In this document: positions 38,024 through 48,395 of the stretch, one piece after another
Position numbering within the stretch: position 1 is the stretch's first letter
Layout of the letters: each line of letters begins with the position of its first letter
Origin: an uncultured Chloroflexia bacterium
Lineage (GTDB): Bacteria; Chloroflexota; Limnocylindria; Limnocylindrales; CSP1-4
Assembly: GCA_963768655.1 (NCBI GenBank)
Contig: CAVYIM010000004.1
Location: 512,001-576,000 of the forward strand
Length of the DNA: 64,000 bases
Direction of reading: 5' to 3'
Position numbers and translations under genes: made by a program
The notes under the pieces: generated by a model
Told to the model about the DNA's origin: nothing
Databases searched by the model: none
What the model saw: only the letters and a program-made list of their open reading frames with translations

Positions 38024-40010
38024 ACAACAACAACTGCGTGGCCGGAAGCTGGGAGACCGGCGCGTCGTCGTTGATCGTCCTCACGCCCGCTACTTCCGAT
38101 ACGTCGCGCCCGGCGTCCTGGAGGCCAAGCTCGAAGCTCAGGCGCCGCGGACGGCCTACCAGCGTCGCATGGCCACCATCCGCGGAATCCTGTTCGGCCG
38201 CCCGCTTTCATCCGCCGCGGAGCTGAGCGAGCGGCTGCCCAAGTGGAAGGCCCTGCCGGTCTTCTCGTCGGACGTGATGTCCTCGGTCGCCTATGCGACC
38301 GGAGCCATGATGCTCATCCTCGTCGGGGCCGGGCAGGATAGCTTCAAGTACGTCCTGGGGCTGTCCGTCGTCGTCGTCGCTCTGCTGGTCATCGTCACCT
38401 TCAGCTACCGCCAGACGATCCGGGCCTATCCCAACGGCGGCGGAAGCTACATCGTCGCCCACGCCAACCTGGGCGTGATGGCCGGCCTCGTCGCCGCCGG
38501 ATCTCTCCTTACGGACTATGTCCTGACGGTGTCGGTGAGCGTGTCGTCAGGCGTGCAGGCGCTGTATTCCGCGTTCTCCGGTCTCCAGCACTTCAGGGTG
38601 CAACTTATCGCCTTGTCGATCCTGCTGGTGATGGTCATCAACCTGCGCGGGCTCCGGGAGAGCGGGACGCTCTTCGCCAGCCCGACGTACATCTTCATCG
38701 GTTCGATGCTCCTGCTGATCGGCGTGGGCATCTTCAGAACCATGACCGGCAGTTTGAACCAGGTCACGGACGTAGCGCCCCTGACCGGCGTAGCCACCGA
38801 GAACATGGGCATTTTCCTGCTGTGCAAGGCATTCGCCGACGGCTGCTCGGCAATGACCGGGACCGAAGCCGTTGCCAACGGAGTCCCCGCCTTCAAGCCG
38901 GTCGAATGGAAGAACGCACAGCAGACGATGATCATCATGGCGACACTGCTGGGCATCATGTTCCTGGGCACGAGCTTTCTGGCGATCCAGGTCGGTGCCC
39001 ACCCCTCGGGGTTCCAGGCCGGCGGCGAGAGCGTGCTATCCCAGGTCGGTCGCACCGTCTTCGGCGGCCCGGGGATCCTCTATTACATCCTGCAGTTCTC
39101 GACCATGGGCATCTTGATCCTCGCGGCGAACACGAGCTTCGCCGACTTTCCGCGCCTGTCCTCCATCCTGGCACGCGACGGGTTCTTTCCGCGCCAGTTC
39201 GCACTGCGCGGCGAAAGGCTGGCGTTCAACTCGGGCATCGTCGCCCTGGCGCTCATCTCGATCGCCCTCGTGGTCGCCTTCGATGGCTCGACCGACCGCC
39301 TGATCGGCCTGTACGCCATCGGCGTGTTCACCTCGTTCACGTTGTCGCAGTCGGGCATGGTTCGGCATTGGTTCAGCGAACGGGGACCGGGCTGGCGGCG
39401 GAGCGCTCTGATCAACGGCGTCGGTGCGGTCGTAACAGGCATAGTGGTCGTAGTCATCGCCATCTCCAAGTTCGACCAGGGCGTCTGGATGATCATCATC
39501 GTCGTCCCGATCCTGGTAGGGATGATGCTGTTCATCAAACACGAGTACGCCCAGGAAGAGGTTGGCCTCGAGGTCCAGCCGGACGTCGTGTTCGGGCCGC
39601 CCCATCGCCGCCAGAGAGTGGTCGTGTCGGCCCAGGCCATGAGCCGGGCGGTGGTCCAGGCCGTGAAGGTCGGCGAGACGATGGGCGAGGAAGTGCAGCT
39701 GGTCCACGTGACGCTGGATCCGGCCGAGGGCGAGCATTTCCGCGAGCGAGTCGAGCGTCAGCTACCGGGCGTTCGGGTCGTGCTGGTCGAGTCGCCGTAC
39801 CGGGCGCTCGTCCGGCCGTTCGTGCGTTACCTGGAGGTTTCGCAGGCCGAGGATCCGGGCCGGCTCACGATCGTCCTGCTGCCCGAGCATCTGCCCCGCC
39901 ACTGGTGGGACCGCATCCTGTACAACCAGAACGTGCACCGCATCCGGGCGGCGCTGGTCGGTCGCAAGGACTTCGTCGTGCTCGACACGCCCTACCGGCG
40001 AGAGGCGTAG
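38016..40010 (+). CDS. kimA: KimA/YdaO-type APC-family K+ transporter
   Basis: LPVFSSDVMSSVAYA, SYRQTIRAYPNGGGSY, DYVLTV.VSVSSG, NLRGLRESG, GTEAVANGVPAF, AANTSFADFPRL, ESPYR. Confidence 0.88.
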   Translation: MSEQQQLRGRKLGDRRVVVDRPHARYFRYVAPGVLEAKLEAQAPRTAYQRRMATIRGILFGRPLSSAAELSERLPKWKALPVFSSDVMSSVAYATGAMMLILVGAGQDSFKYVLGLSVVVVALLVIVTFSYRQTIRAYPNGGGSYIVAHANLGVMAGLVAAGSLLTDYVLTVSVSVSSGVQALYSAFSGLQHFRVQLIALSILLVMVINLRGLRESGTLFASPTYIFIGSMLLLIGVGIFRTMTGSLNQVTDVAPLTGVATENMGIFLLCKAFADGCSAMTGTEAVANGVPAFKPVEWKNAQQTMIIMATLLGIMFLGTSFLAIQVGAHPSGFQAGGESVLSQVGRTVFGGPGILYYILQFSTMGILILAANTSFADFPRLSSILARDGFFPRQFALRGERLAFNSGIVALALISIALVVAFDGSTDRLIGLYAIGVFTSFTLSQSGMVRHWFSERGPGWRRSALINGVGAVVTGIVVVVIAISKFDQGVWMIIIVVPILVGMMLFIKHEYAQEEVGLEVQPDVVFGPPHRRQRVVVSAQAMSRAVVQAVKVGETMGEEVQLVHVTLDPAEGEHFRERVERQLPGVRVVLVESPYRALVRPFVRYLEVSQAEDPGRLTIVLLPEHLPRHWWDRILYNQNVHRIRAALVGRKDFVVLDTPYRREA

Positions 40011-40110
40011 GCAAGCGCGAGTCCGGTCCGCGCCGGCGCGTCCGGCGTCCGGCGCCGTCCCGGCAGTGCGCGAAGCCGCGCCGCCTCGACCAGGTCAGAC
40101 CTCGACCAGG

Positions 40111-40881
40111 TCAGACCTCGATCATGCCCCCCGGCGTGGCCACCTCGATGGCGCCGCGGTAGACCTCGCCGGCCCGCTCGACCGCCTCTTCGGGTGCGAG
40201 ACCCGGGGCCAGGTGGGTAAGGACCAGACGCGCCACGCCGGCGTGCTGGGCCGTCAGGCCGGCGTCCTCGGGGGAGAGGTGGACGGACGGAATCTCGATC
40301 ACGTCGGTCCCCACCTCGGCGACCAGGACCCGTGCGCCTTTCGCCAGAGTGACCAGGTTGTCGCATGGGCCGGTGTCGCCGCTGTACGCCAGGCGGTGCT
40401 CGCCCAGCCTGGCGGTCAACCCGAAGGCCGGGATGCCGTGCTCGACGGCCCGGGCCTGGATGCGCAGGTCGCCGATCTCGGCGATGCCGCGATCCTTGAG
40501 CTCGACCACCTGGAAGAAGTTGCTCATGTGATGGTCGGCTGCGCTCTTGACGAAATCCTCGACCCGCTTGGCCCAGCCGGTCGGGGCCAGGACCGGGATC
40601 TTGCGCATCGGCTTCTCCGAGTACGCGAAGGCGTAGTAGAGGAGCGGCATGTCGGCGAAGTGGTCGGCATGCAGGTGGCTGATCCACACGGCGTGAAGGT
40701 CGTCCAGGTTGATCAGATGCTGCAGCGGGCCAAGCGTGCCGCCCCCGACGTCGACCAGGACGTTCGCGCCGCCGCCCTGCAGGAGGTAGCCCGAACAGGG
40801 CTCCTCGGCCTTGGGGAATGGGGCGCTGCCAAGCGTCGTCCATCGGATAGGGCCTTCAGCCTTCCTGCCCCTGCCCGCCAC
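40111..40881 (-). CDS. MBL-fold metallo-hydrolase (RNase Z/YhfI-like)
   Basis: CSGYLL, VDVGGG, SHLHADH, YSGDT, HLSPEDAG, LVLTH; start uncertain. Confidence 0.88.
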   Translation of the reverse strand: MAGRGRKAEGPIRWTTLGSAPFPKAEEPCSGYLLQGGGANVLVDVGGGTLGPLQHLINLDDLHAVWISHLHADHFADMPLLYYAFAYSEKPMRKIPVLAPTGWAKRVEDFVKSAADHHMSNFFQVVELKDRGIAEIGDLRIQARAVEHGIPAFGLTARLGEHRLAYSGDTGPCDNLVTLAKGARVLVAEVGTDVIEIPSVHLSPEDAGLTAQHAGVARLVLTHLAPGLAPEEAVERAGEVYRGAIEVATPGGMIEV

Positions 40882-41067
40882 GCGTTTCCCTCCACGATGC
40901 CGTCGACCTGGTGAGTTGCACGGATCGTAGTGCCCGCGGCGGCTCTCCGCTAGGCCCGCTCTCCACCAGACAAGAATCTGGCGGTCGCCACAGGGCCCGG
41001 AGGGTCATCCTCTCCTACTCAATTCGCATGATGGCGAGCTATTTGCGGTAGCTGATACTATTCAGCT

Positions 41068-41586
41068 GTGAGCGAAGTATCTGACGCACGGCCGGCGAGT
41101 TTCGCCTCTGACTCAGCCTCGGAACCGGCCTCCGCCCAGACGGCCGACAAGCTGCGCGAGATCGAGGCCGTCCTGGAGAGCCTCGGAGAGGTGTGGGATC
41201 ACGGAGCGCAAGAGATACCGGGCTGGGTCGGCCTGGATCTGACCTTCGGCCAGATGCGGCTGCTCTTCCTGCTCAGCAAGAACGGCCCCTCTCCGATGAG
41301 CCACGTGGCCGAGTGGCTGGGCGTGGGGCTGCCCGCCGCGAGCGGCGTCGTTGAGAGAGTGGAACGGCACGGCCTCGTGACGCGCCAGCACCGCAACGAC
41401 GATCGCCGCGTCGTCGAGTGCATCCTCACCGACGACGGCCGCCGCCTGATCGAAGAGGTAGCGGGCCTGCGCCGGGAAACACTGCGCCAGACCCTCGGCG
41501 TGCTGTCGGACGAGGAGCTGGCCGAGATGGCGCGTCTGATCTCGATCGTCCTGGAACGTACGACAAGACAGCCGGATCGATCATGA
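41068..41586 (+). CDS. MarR family regulator
   Basis: LTFGQMRLLFLL...VERVERHGLVTR...DRRVV..LTDDGRRL. Confidence 0.9.
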   Translation: MSEVSDARPASFASDSASEPASAQTADKLREIEAVLESLGEVWDHGAQEIPGWVGLDLTFGQMRLLFLLSKNGPSPMSHVAEWLGVGLPAASGVVERVERHGLVTRQHRNDDRRVVECILTDDGRRLIEEVAGLRRETLRQTLGVLSDEELAEMARLISIVLERTTRQPDRS

Positions 41587-41771
41587 AAACCGGCTTCGAC
41601 CGAACATACGTCGATCGTTCCGAGCTTCGACGGAGTCTGTCAGGCGGAACGACCGCCGCTGCCCGTCCCCCGAGAGCTCGCCTGTTCGACTGACCGCCCG
41701 CGCGCCGAACCTGGCGCGCCCCTCAGAAACGCTCGCAATTCGCCGCCAACCCGCACCCGAAGGAGTCGCAC

Positions 41772-44700
41772 GTGATCCGCCTGACCCAGCTCGCCGTGAG
41801 CAAGCGCAGCGTGACTGTGCTCATCACGGTGGCCATGCTGCTGGGCGGCATCTTTGCCTGGGCCTCGCTCAAGCAGGAGCTGCTGCCTGACATCGCGTTC
41901 CCGTACGTCGTGGTCATCACGCCGGTCCCGGGCGCCAGCGCGCAGGACGTCTCGACATCGGTGACCGAACCGATCGAGCGCTCCATCGGCAGTCTGCCGG
42001 AGTTGCAGCACATCGATTCGAGCTCGGTGAACAGCCTCTCGATCGTGGTGGCTTCGTTCGACTACGGCACGGACGTCAAGGGGACCACCGCGACGATCGA
42101 CTCCAACGTCAAGGCCCTGGGCCTGACCGCCACGTCCACGGTCGAGTCGTTCGACATAAACGCCCTGCCGCCGCTGACGGTGGCCATTCAGGCGAAACCG
42201 GGCACCACCACTGAGCAGCTGGACGCGCTGGCGGCGTCCACGATCGTGCCCGCGCTGGAGAGCGTCGACGGCGTCAGCACGGTCGATCTGAGCGGCGCCG
42301 CCCAGGAGCGGCTGATGGTCGAGCTCGACCCGGCCAAGCTCGCGGCCAACAACATATCGATCAGCCAGATCTCCGGCCTGCTCGCCGCCAACAACCTCGT
42401 CCTGCCGGCCGGGTCCCTTCCGACCACGACGGCCGCCGGAACGACGATCAACATTCCCGTCTCGGCCCAGCATCAGCTGCTGCTCAACTCCCCGAACGAC
42501 CTCCTGTCGCTGGCCGTGGGCGTCAAGACGCCGACGGCCGGTTCCGGCTCCACGGTGCCGACGCTCATCACCCTCGGTGACCTGGGCACCGTGCAGCTGG
42601 TCCCGATCTACGCCAGCGGCTACGCCGAGCTGAACAGCGACCCGAGCCAGCAGGACGCCGGGTCGTCTCTGGTCCTGTCCGTCTCCAAGACCTCGGACGC
42701 CAACACCGTTGACGTCGTCCAGGCCGTCCAGGCAAAGCTCGCCCAGCTGCAGTCGCAGAGCGGCGCATTCCAGCTCGTCACCGTCGAGGACCTGTCGAGC
42801 TTCATCATCGAGTCCCGCGACAGCCTGGTCCGCGAGGGTCTGCTTGGCGCGCTGTTCGCGATCATCACGATCTTCATCTTCCTGATGAGCCTGCGCTCGA
42901 CCCTGGTCGCCGCGGTCAGCATCCCGGTCTCGATCATGACCGCGTTGGTGCTCATGCTCGTGGCGGGAGTCACGATCAACATCATGACCCTGGGCGGATT
43001 GGCGATAGCCGTCGGCCGGGTCGTGGACGACGCCATCGTCGTCCTGGAGAACATCTACCGGCACCGCGGCCGGGGCGATCCCATGAAGGACTCGGTCATC
43101 TCGGGCACGCGCGAGGTGGCCAGCGCCATCACCAGCTCCACCCTGACCACCGTCGCGGTGTTCCTGCCCATCGGCTTCGTCGGCGGCATCGTCAGCCAGT
43201 TCTTCCTGCCCTTCGCCCTGACCGTGACCTTCGCCCTGCTGGCCTCGCTGATGTGCGCCCTGACCGTCGTGCCGGTCCTGGCCAGTCTGTTCATCGACCG
43301 CATCAAGCTGAACCCGGACGAGGGCGTTCAGCATCACGACACGTTCGTCCAGCGGATGTACACGCCGCTGCTGACGGCCGCGCTTCACAACCGGCGCAGC
43401 CGCTGGAGCGTGATCGGCATCTCGGCGGTGCTCGTCGTGTTCGCGGCGTTGCTGGTCCCCCACATCCCGACGCAGCTCCTCGACACCGGTTCGCAGAAGT
43501 ACCTCCAGATCAGCGTCTCGCCGCCCTCGGGCACGCCGTCGGCCTCGGTCCTCAAGGAGGCCCAGGTGGTCGAGGCCAAGCTCCGAACATACTCGGAGAT
43601 CAACCTCATCGAGACGACCGTTCCGGGCGATTCGGACACCGGCTTCGGGGCGCTCGAGGCCGCCTTCACCGGCGGCGCGTCGAACAGCGCCTCGATCGTC
43701 GTCCGCCTCGACGACAGCGTCGATCTCAACACCGAGCAGCAGAAGCTCTCCGACGGCCTGGCGAGTCTCCAGATCGACTCGTGGCAGATACAAGTTTCCC
43801 AGGAGAGCATGACCGGCAGCGGCTCGATCTCCGTCGTCGTCAGCGGGACGAATCCGAGTGACGTCGCGACGGCGACGACGGCCGTCGTCGCGGCACTCTC
43901 GAACAAGGCCGACTTCCCCGACCTGCTGAACGTGAAGAGCGACCTCGCCACGACCGCCTCCGAGCTCGAGATCGACGTCGACCCGAACAAGGCGATCCTG
44001 GACGGGACGACGACGGTTGGGGTCCAGAGCGAGGTCCAGAACGCCCTGACCGGGACGAAGGCGGGGACGGTCAGCCTGGCCGGCGTGCCCGCCGATGTCT
44101 ACCTCCAGCTGAACGCTCAGCTGGATTCGCTGCAGGCTCTCCAGCAGCTGCCTGTGGGCGTGGCGAATATGCCGCTCGGTCAGATCGCCACGGTCTCCCA
44201 GCAGGCGACCCAGGCCCGCATCAGCCGCGTCGATCAGTCGCCGGCCGCCACGATCAGCGCCGACACGACCAGCCAGGACACCGGCGGTGTCTCGACTGAG
44301 ATCCAGAAGGAGATCAACAAGCTCCAGGCTGCCGGCAAGCTCTCGGGCGTGACGGTCACCCTCTCCGGCGTGACAGAGGAGATGAACAGCGCCTTCGGCG
44401 GCCTGATCGTCTCGATGGCGGTCGCGATCCTGCTGGTCTACCTGGTCATGGTCCTGGTCTTCAACTCGCTGATCGACCCGCTGGTCATCATGTTCAGCCT
44501 GCCGCTGGCCACCATCGGCGCCTTCCCGGCCCTGTTCATCACCCAGCGCGCCATCGGCATCAGCTCCATGATCGGTTTCCTGATGCTGATCGGCATCGTG
44601 GTCACCAACGCCATCGTCCTGCTCGACCTGGTCGAACAACACAGGCGTCGGGGCCTGCCCATGTACGAGGCCCTGATGCAGGGCGGACGGACGAGAGTCC

Positions 44701-44948
44701 GGCCCATCCTGATGACGGCCATCGCCACCATCCTGGCCCTGATCCCGCTTGGCCTGGGACTTTCCCAGGGTGAGATCATCGCCTCGGAACTGGCGACCGT
44801 CGTCATCGGCGGCCTGTTCACCTCGACCTTCCTGACGCTGATTGTCGTCCCCGTCGTGTACTCGCTCGTCGATGACGCGAAGGTGATCTCGCGCCGTAAG
44901 CTCGGCCTCGCAGCGGAGCAGGCGGAGGCGGAGCAAACGCTGGCGTAG
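41772..44948 (+). CDS. RND (AcrB/SwrC-like) efflux transporter permease
   Basis: ELLPDI.FP, GRVVDDAIVVLENI, VFLPI, GIVVTNAIVLLD, RVRPILMT. Confidence 0.95.
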   Translation: MIRLTQLAVSKRSVTVLITVAMLLGGIFAWASLKQELLPDIAFPYVVVITPVPGASAQDVSTSVTEPIERSIGSLPELQHIDSSSVNSLSIVVASFDYGTDVKGTTATIDSNVKALGLTATSTVESFDINALPPLTVAIQAKPGTTTEQLDALAASTIVPALESVDGVSTVDLSGAAQERLMVELDPAKLAANNISISQISGLLAANNLVLPAGSLPTTTAAGTTINIPVSAQHQLLLNSPNDLLSLAVGVKTPTAGSGSTVPTLITLGDLGTVQLVPIYASGYAELNSDPSQQDAGSSLVLSVSKTSDANTVDVVQAVQAKLAQLQSQSGAFQLVTVEDLSSFIIESRDSLVREGLLGALFAIITIFIFLMSLRSTLVAAVSIPVSIMTALVLMLVAGVTINIMTLGGLAIAVGRVVDDAIVVLENIYRHRGRGDPMKDSVISGTREVASAITSSTLTTVAVFLPIGFVGGIVSQFFLPFALTVTFALLASLMCALTVVPVLASLFIDRIKLNPDEGVQHHDTFVQRMYTPLLTAALHNRRSRWSVIGISAVLVVFAALLVPHIPTQLLDTGSQKYLQISVSPPSGTPSASVLKEAQVVEAKLRTYSEINLIETTVPGDSDTGFGALEAAFTGGASNSASIVVRLDDSVDLNTEQQKLSDGLASLQIDSWQIQVSQESMTGSGSISVVVSGTNPSDVATATTAVVAALSNKADFPDLLNVKSDLATTASELEIDVDPNKAILDGTTTVGVQSEVQNALTGTKAGTVSLAGVPADVYLQLNAQLDSLQALQQLPVGVANMPLGQIATVSQQATQARISRVDQSPAATISADTTSQDTGGVSTEIQKEINKLQAAGKLSGVTVTLSGVTEEMNSAFGGLIVSMAVAILLVYLVMVLVFNSLIDPLVIMFSLPLATIGAFPALFITQRAIGISSMIGFLMLIGIVVTNAIVLLDLVEQHRRRGLPMYEALMQGGRTRVRPILMTAIATILALIPLGLGLSQGEIIASELATVVIGGLFTSTFLTLIVVPVVYSLVDDAKVISRRKLGLAAEQAEAEQTLA

Positions 44949-45045
44949 ATCGGGACATCGCACGGGAGTAACTCCGATAGCACCGGGATCCAAGCCGCAA
45001 ATCCCCACAGCCGAGTACCCGGAGCGCCGGCTCCGGGTACAGGCC

Positions 45046-46155
45046 ATGATGGCCGCCCGGGGTCTCGACTTCCTGGTGGCATATGCCGACGACCGGGCCT
45101 CGTTCGGGCCGGCTCATGCCCGCTGGCTGGCCGACTTTCCGGTCCACTTCGAACCCGCCTGCATCCTGATCCCCCGCCAGGGAGAGCCGGTGATGCTGGT
45201 GGGTCCGGAGAGCGACCAGTACGCGCTGGCCGTCGGCCGGATCGCCGACGTGCGGGTCCTGCGCGAGCTGACCCACCCCGACGAGGACTATCCCTACGCT
45301 CGAATCCAGAGCCTCGCGGAGGTCATGGCCGAGATCGGCGGGGCGTCCGCGGCGCGGCGGGTGGGCCTGGGCGGCGGGGGCCTCATCGGAGCCGACCTGA
45401 TGGCGGCATTCCGGACCGCGTTGCCCGGGGCCGAATGGGTGGACGTGGAGAATCTCCTGTGCGACCTGCGCGCCCAGAAGTCTCCGGCCGAGCTCGAGGT
45501 GATCCGCTACGCGTACAAGATCGCCGAGGTCGGCATCGGCGCCGGCATCGAGGCGATCGGGGCGGGCGTCACCGAGCGTGAGGTCGCTGCGGAGATCGAG
45601 TCGGCCATGCGGCGGGCCGGGGCCGAGGGCACAGGAATCGACACCATCGTCGCCTCCGGGCCGAACTCCCGGCCGATCCTCGCCCGGTCCACCTTCCGCC
45701 GCATCGAGCCCGACGACCTGGTGCTGCTGACCGTGGCCCCGCGCTACCAGGGCTATCACGCCGCCATCGGCCGCGTGGTGCTCGTTGGCAATCCCGATCC
45801 GGAGATCGGGCGCGCACTGGCAACCGCCATCGGGGCCCAGCGGGCCGCATCGGCGGCCCTGCGTCCCGGCCGCGAGGGACGAAGCGTGGAAGCCGTCGGC
45901 CGCGCCATCGTCGCCGACGCCGGCCTGGGTCAGTACTTCCTCTACTCGGGCCTTCACAGCGTCGGCGTCATCGAGTTCGAGCCGCCGATCTTCGGCCCCA
46001 GCAGTCCGGAGATCCTGAAAGAGAACATGGTCATCTCGATCGACATCCCGATGTTCAACACGCCATGGGGCGGCATTCGGGTCGAAGACGGCTATGTCAT
46101 CACGGCCACGGGCGCCGAGCCGCTCAATCGGACGCCTTACGAGATACGCAAGTAG
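45046..46155 (+). CDS. Xaa-Pro (M24 family) peptidase-like protein
   Basis: LRAQKSPAELEVIR, TIVASGPNS, HSVGVIEFEPP, GGIRVED. Confidence 0.85.
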   Translation: MMAARGLDFLVAYADDRASFGPAHARWLADFPVHFEPACILIPRQGEPVMLVGPESDQYALAVGRIADVRVLRELTHPDEDYPYARIQSLAEVMAEIGGASAARRVGLGGGGLIGADLMAAFRTALPGAEWVDVENLLCDLRAQKSPAELEVIRYAYKIAEVGIGAGIEAIGAGVTEREVAAEIESAMRRAGAEGTGIDTIVASGPNSRPILARSTFRRIEPDDLVLLTVAPRYQGYHAAIGRVVLVGNPDPEIGRALATAIGAQRAASAALRPGREGRSVEAVGRAIVADAGLGQYFLYSGLHSVGVIEFEPPIFGPSSPEILKENMVISIDIPMFNTPWGGIRVEDGYVITATGAEPLNRTPYEIRK

Positions 46156-46268
46156 GCGCGGCTCCGCCGCCATCGCCCGCTCCGCGCCGCGCCGCAGCTT
46201 GGCGCCGCGCCGCGGATCGCCGGGCGGCGCCGAGCCACCGGTCACCGCGCGCGCCACCGGACCTCGGC

Positions 46269-47537
46269 TCAGCCCGAGGCGGACTCCCGGTCGGGCGCTG
46301 CGCGGCGGTCGCCCGTGGCTGCCTCGTCCGTGCGGGGTATGAGCACGTAGCCGAGGACCGCCGCGGCCACGTTGGCCGCCACTCCGAAGACGATCGCGGC
46401 CTCGATCGAACTGGTCACGATGATGCCGGCCACCGCCGCCCCGATCGGAAAGCCGGAGAAATTGAGGTTCATCGAGACCGTGAAGGCGCGGCCCATCCAG
46501 GCCGGGTCGGTTCGCCGCTGTCGGAGCGTGAACAGGGCGATGTCGAGCGGGCCGTTGGCCAAACCGGAGATGGCCATGCAGGCGACGATCGGGAGCAGCC
46601 CGGCAGGCCACAGCAGGATCCCGGTCGTTCCGACGAAGCAGACGGCCGGCACCAGGATCAGCCGGCGCTCGCGACCCTCCGTTTGGAGCCGGCCACAGAC
46701 GAAGGCGGAGACGACGCCGAAGGCACCGCTCAGGCCGAACACGTAGCCGACCATGTCCTGGCCCATGCCGAGGCGCTTCAGGACCAGCAGCGGCACGACG
46801 ATCTGGATGACGCCGCCGGACAGGTTCATCGTGGACAGCGAGACGGCGAGCGCCCGCAACGTCCTGTTCTGCCAGGTGTAGACCAGACCCAGCCAGGCGT
46901 CGCGCAGGAGGTTCCCGGTTGAGGCGACCTCGGTGCGCGGGTCGGGGGCGCCGATCATGATCAGTGCGGCCGCGAGGTAGCCGGCGGCGATGATGGCCAG
47001 AGCCGGCTCGAAGCCGAGCACCTGGGCGAAGACGGCTCCGAAAGGAGCGCCGACGACCGTGGCCAGGACCCAGCCGTTGGAGTCGACGGCGTTGACGCGC
47101 TCCCAGAGAGGCTCTGGAACGAGCAGCGGGAACAGGCTGCGCAGGCCGCTGCTGCTCAGCGGGCCGGTGAGCGACGACACGGTGACGATGGCGACCAGCA
47201 GCCAGGCTGGCAGCGCGCCGGCAAAGGAGAGCGTGGCCACGAGGAGCAGCGAGGTGGAGGCCACGAAGTAGTCGAGGATGATGAGCCGCACCCGGCCGTG
47301 GCGATCCAGCAGGGCGCCCGCAATAGGGCTGACGACCATGCCCGGGGCGATGCTGGCGAAGGCGACGATGCCCGCGAGCGGAGGGGAGTCATAGCGCTGC
47401 AGCGCGAACAGGATCACGACGATGCTGACCATCGACGACGAGATCCTGGCGATCTGCATGCCGAGCAGAACCCGGCCGAGGGACGGCACGGCCAGGAGCG
47501 CGCGGTATGAGGGCGCGGCGGAGACGGGTTCGGCCAC
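46269..47537 (-). CDS. MFS transporter
   Basis: GALLDRHGR motif A; about 12 TM helices. Confidence 0.88.
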   Translation of the reverse strand: MAEPVSAAPSYRALLAVPSLGRVLLGMQIARISSSMVSIVVILFALQRYDSPPLAGIVAFASIAPGMVVSPIAGALLDRHGRVRLIILDYFVASTSLLLVATLSFAGALPAWLLVAIVTVSSLTGPLSSSGLRSLFPLLVPEPLWERVNAVDSNGWVLATVVGAPFGAVFAQVLGFEPALAIIAAGYLAAALIMIGAPDPRTEVASTGNLLRDAWLGLVYTWQNRTLRALAVSLSTMNLSGGVIQIVVPLLVLKRLGMGQDMVGYVFGLSGAFGVVSAFVCGRLQTEGRERRLILVPAVCFVGTTGILLWPAGLLPIVACMAISGLANGPLDIALFTLRQRRTDPAWMGRAFTVSMNLNFSGFPIGAAVAGIIVTSSIEAAIVFGVAANVAAAVLGYVLIPRTDEAATGDRRAAPDRESASG

Positions 47538-47701
47538 TGGGCTCCGGAGAGGATGCGGTGCTAAGACGGGGAGCGTGCCACAGATTGGCGACGGGCGTAG
47601 GGCGCGGACGCCACTCGATCAGCTCCGGCCCACGTCTACGGAGAGACTGGAGCCGCGCCGCGGCTCGCGAGGTCGACCGGTGTGAGGGGCAGCCTCAGTT
47701 G

Positions 47702-48196
47702 TCAGGCCGTCGTGCCCCAAAGTGGATCGACGATCTGGGGCCCGCTGCTCGTGGTGGCGGCCTGATCGAGGAACGCCTGCGAGGCGGCCTGGGTCGTGGT
47801 CGCTGTAGTGCCGGCGGTCGGGGACGTGGCACCGGAGCCACTGCCCGGGGTGGGCGTCTGGATTCCGATCAGCGCCAGGGCCTGCTCGGCGGTGGCCGGG
47901 GAGAGCGACTGGAGCAGCGGCAACAGGGTGTCGCTGGCGAAGAGGCTGCCCGATGTGGCGGCTGCGCCGCCGTACACTCCGCTGACCGACGCCGGGTCTA
48001 CGCCGAACTGGCTCGAGAGCAGCTCGCCGTTCAGGGTGTTGACGGAGGCCGCTCTCGCCAGGTTGACCGGCGGCAGACCGAGCTGCGTGACTTCTGATTG
48101 GGCCTGCGTCGTGTTGCCGGCCTCGGCATTGGCACTGCTGGCCTGGACCGCCTGCGACGCTGTCGGGGCGGCGCTGATGGCGCTTATCTGGCTCAT
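47702..48196 (-). CDS. Hypothetical Ser/Thr/Ala/Gln-rich protein
   Basis: Arg-poor ORF with natural composition in GC-rich DNA; sigma28-like promoter upstream. Confidence 0.6.
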   Translation of the reverse strand: MSQISAISAAPTASQAVQASSANAEAGNTTQAQSEVTQLGLPPVNLARAASVNTLNGELLSSQFGVDPASVSGVYGGAAATSGSLFASDTLLPLLQSLSPATAEQALALIGIQTPTPGSGSGATSPTAGTTATTTQAASQAFLDQAATTSSGPQIVDPLWGTTA

Positions 48197-48203
48197 ACGC
48201 GAG

Positions 48204-48230
48204 CAGTCGGTTGCGCAGCGCCGGGCCTTA
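48204..48230 (-). promoter_or_regulatory. sigma28 (FliA/SigD)-like promoter TAAG-N15-ACCGACTG
   Basis: Matches the TAAA-N15-GCCGATAA geometry and ends 7 nt before ATG 48196. Confidence 0.45.
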
Positions 48231-48320
48231 GGGGATTCCCCCTAGATGTGGTGGCCCGAGGCACCGGCGGCGCATCCGATCGGGCCGCGGCGAGCGGCTC
48301 GCGGTCAGGACGGCCCCAAT

Positions 48321-48357
48321 GAAAGCGGCTCCGAGCCTCCGCGTCGGAGCCGCTTTC
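48321..48357. terminator. Intrinsic terminator-like hairpin
   Basis: Perfect 14-bp stem GAAAGCGGCTCCGA / TCGGAGCCGCTTTC just downstream of the peptidase gene. Confidence 0.7.
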
Positions 48358-48395
48358 GGTGTTTCTTGAGGGCCCCAGAAAACGGGGTCAGTGCG

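Noticed and set aside
40084-40121. 16-nt tandem repeat CCTCGACCAGGTCAGA x2.4
   Set aside because: A local duplication at the MBL gene stop with no evidence of function.
41640-45047. Long antisense ORFs (e.g. 41640-45047, 2806-5331, 9263-11695, 51817-54126)
   Set aside because: These are shadow frames of real high-GC genes and carry no protein motifs.
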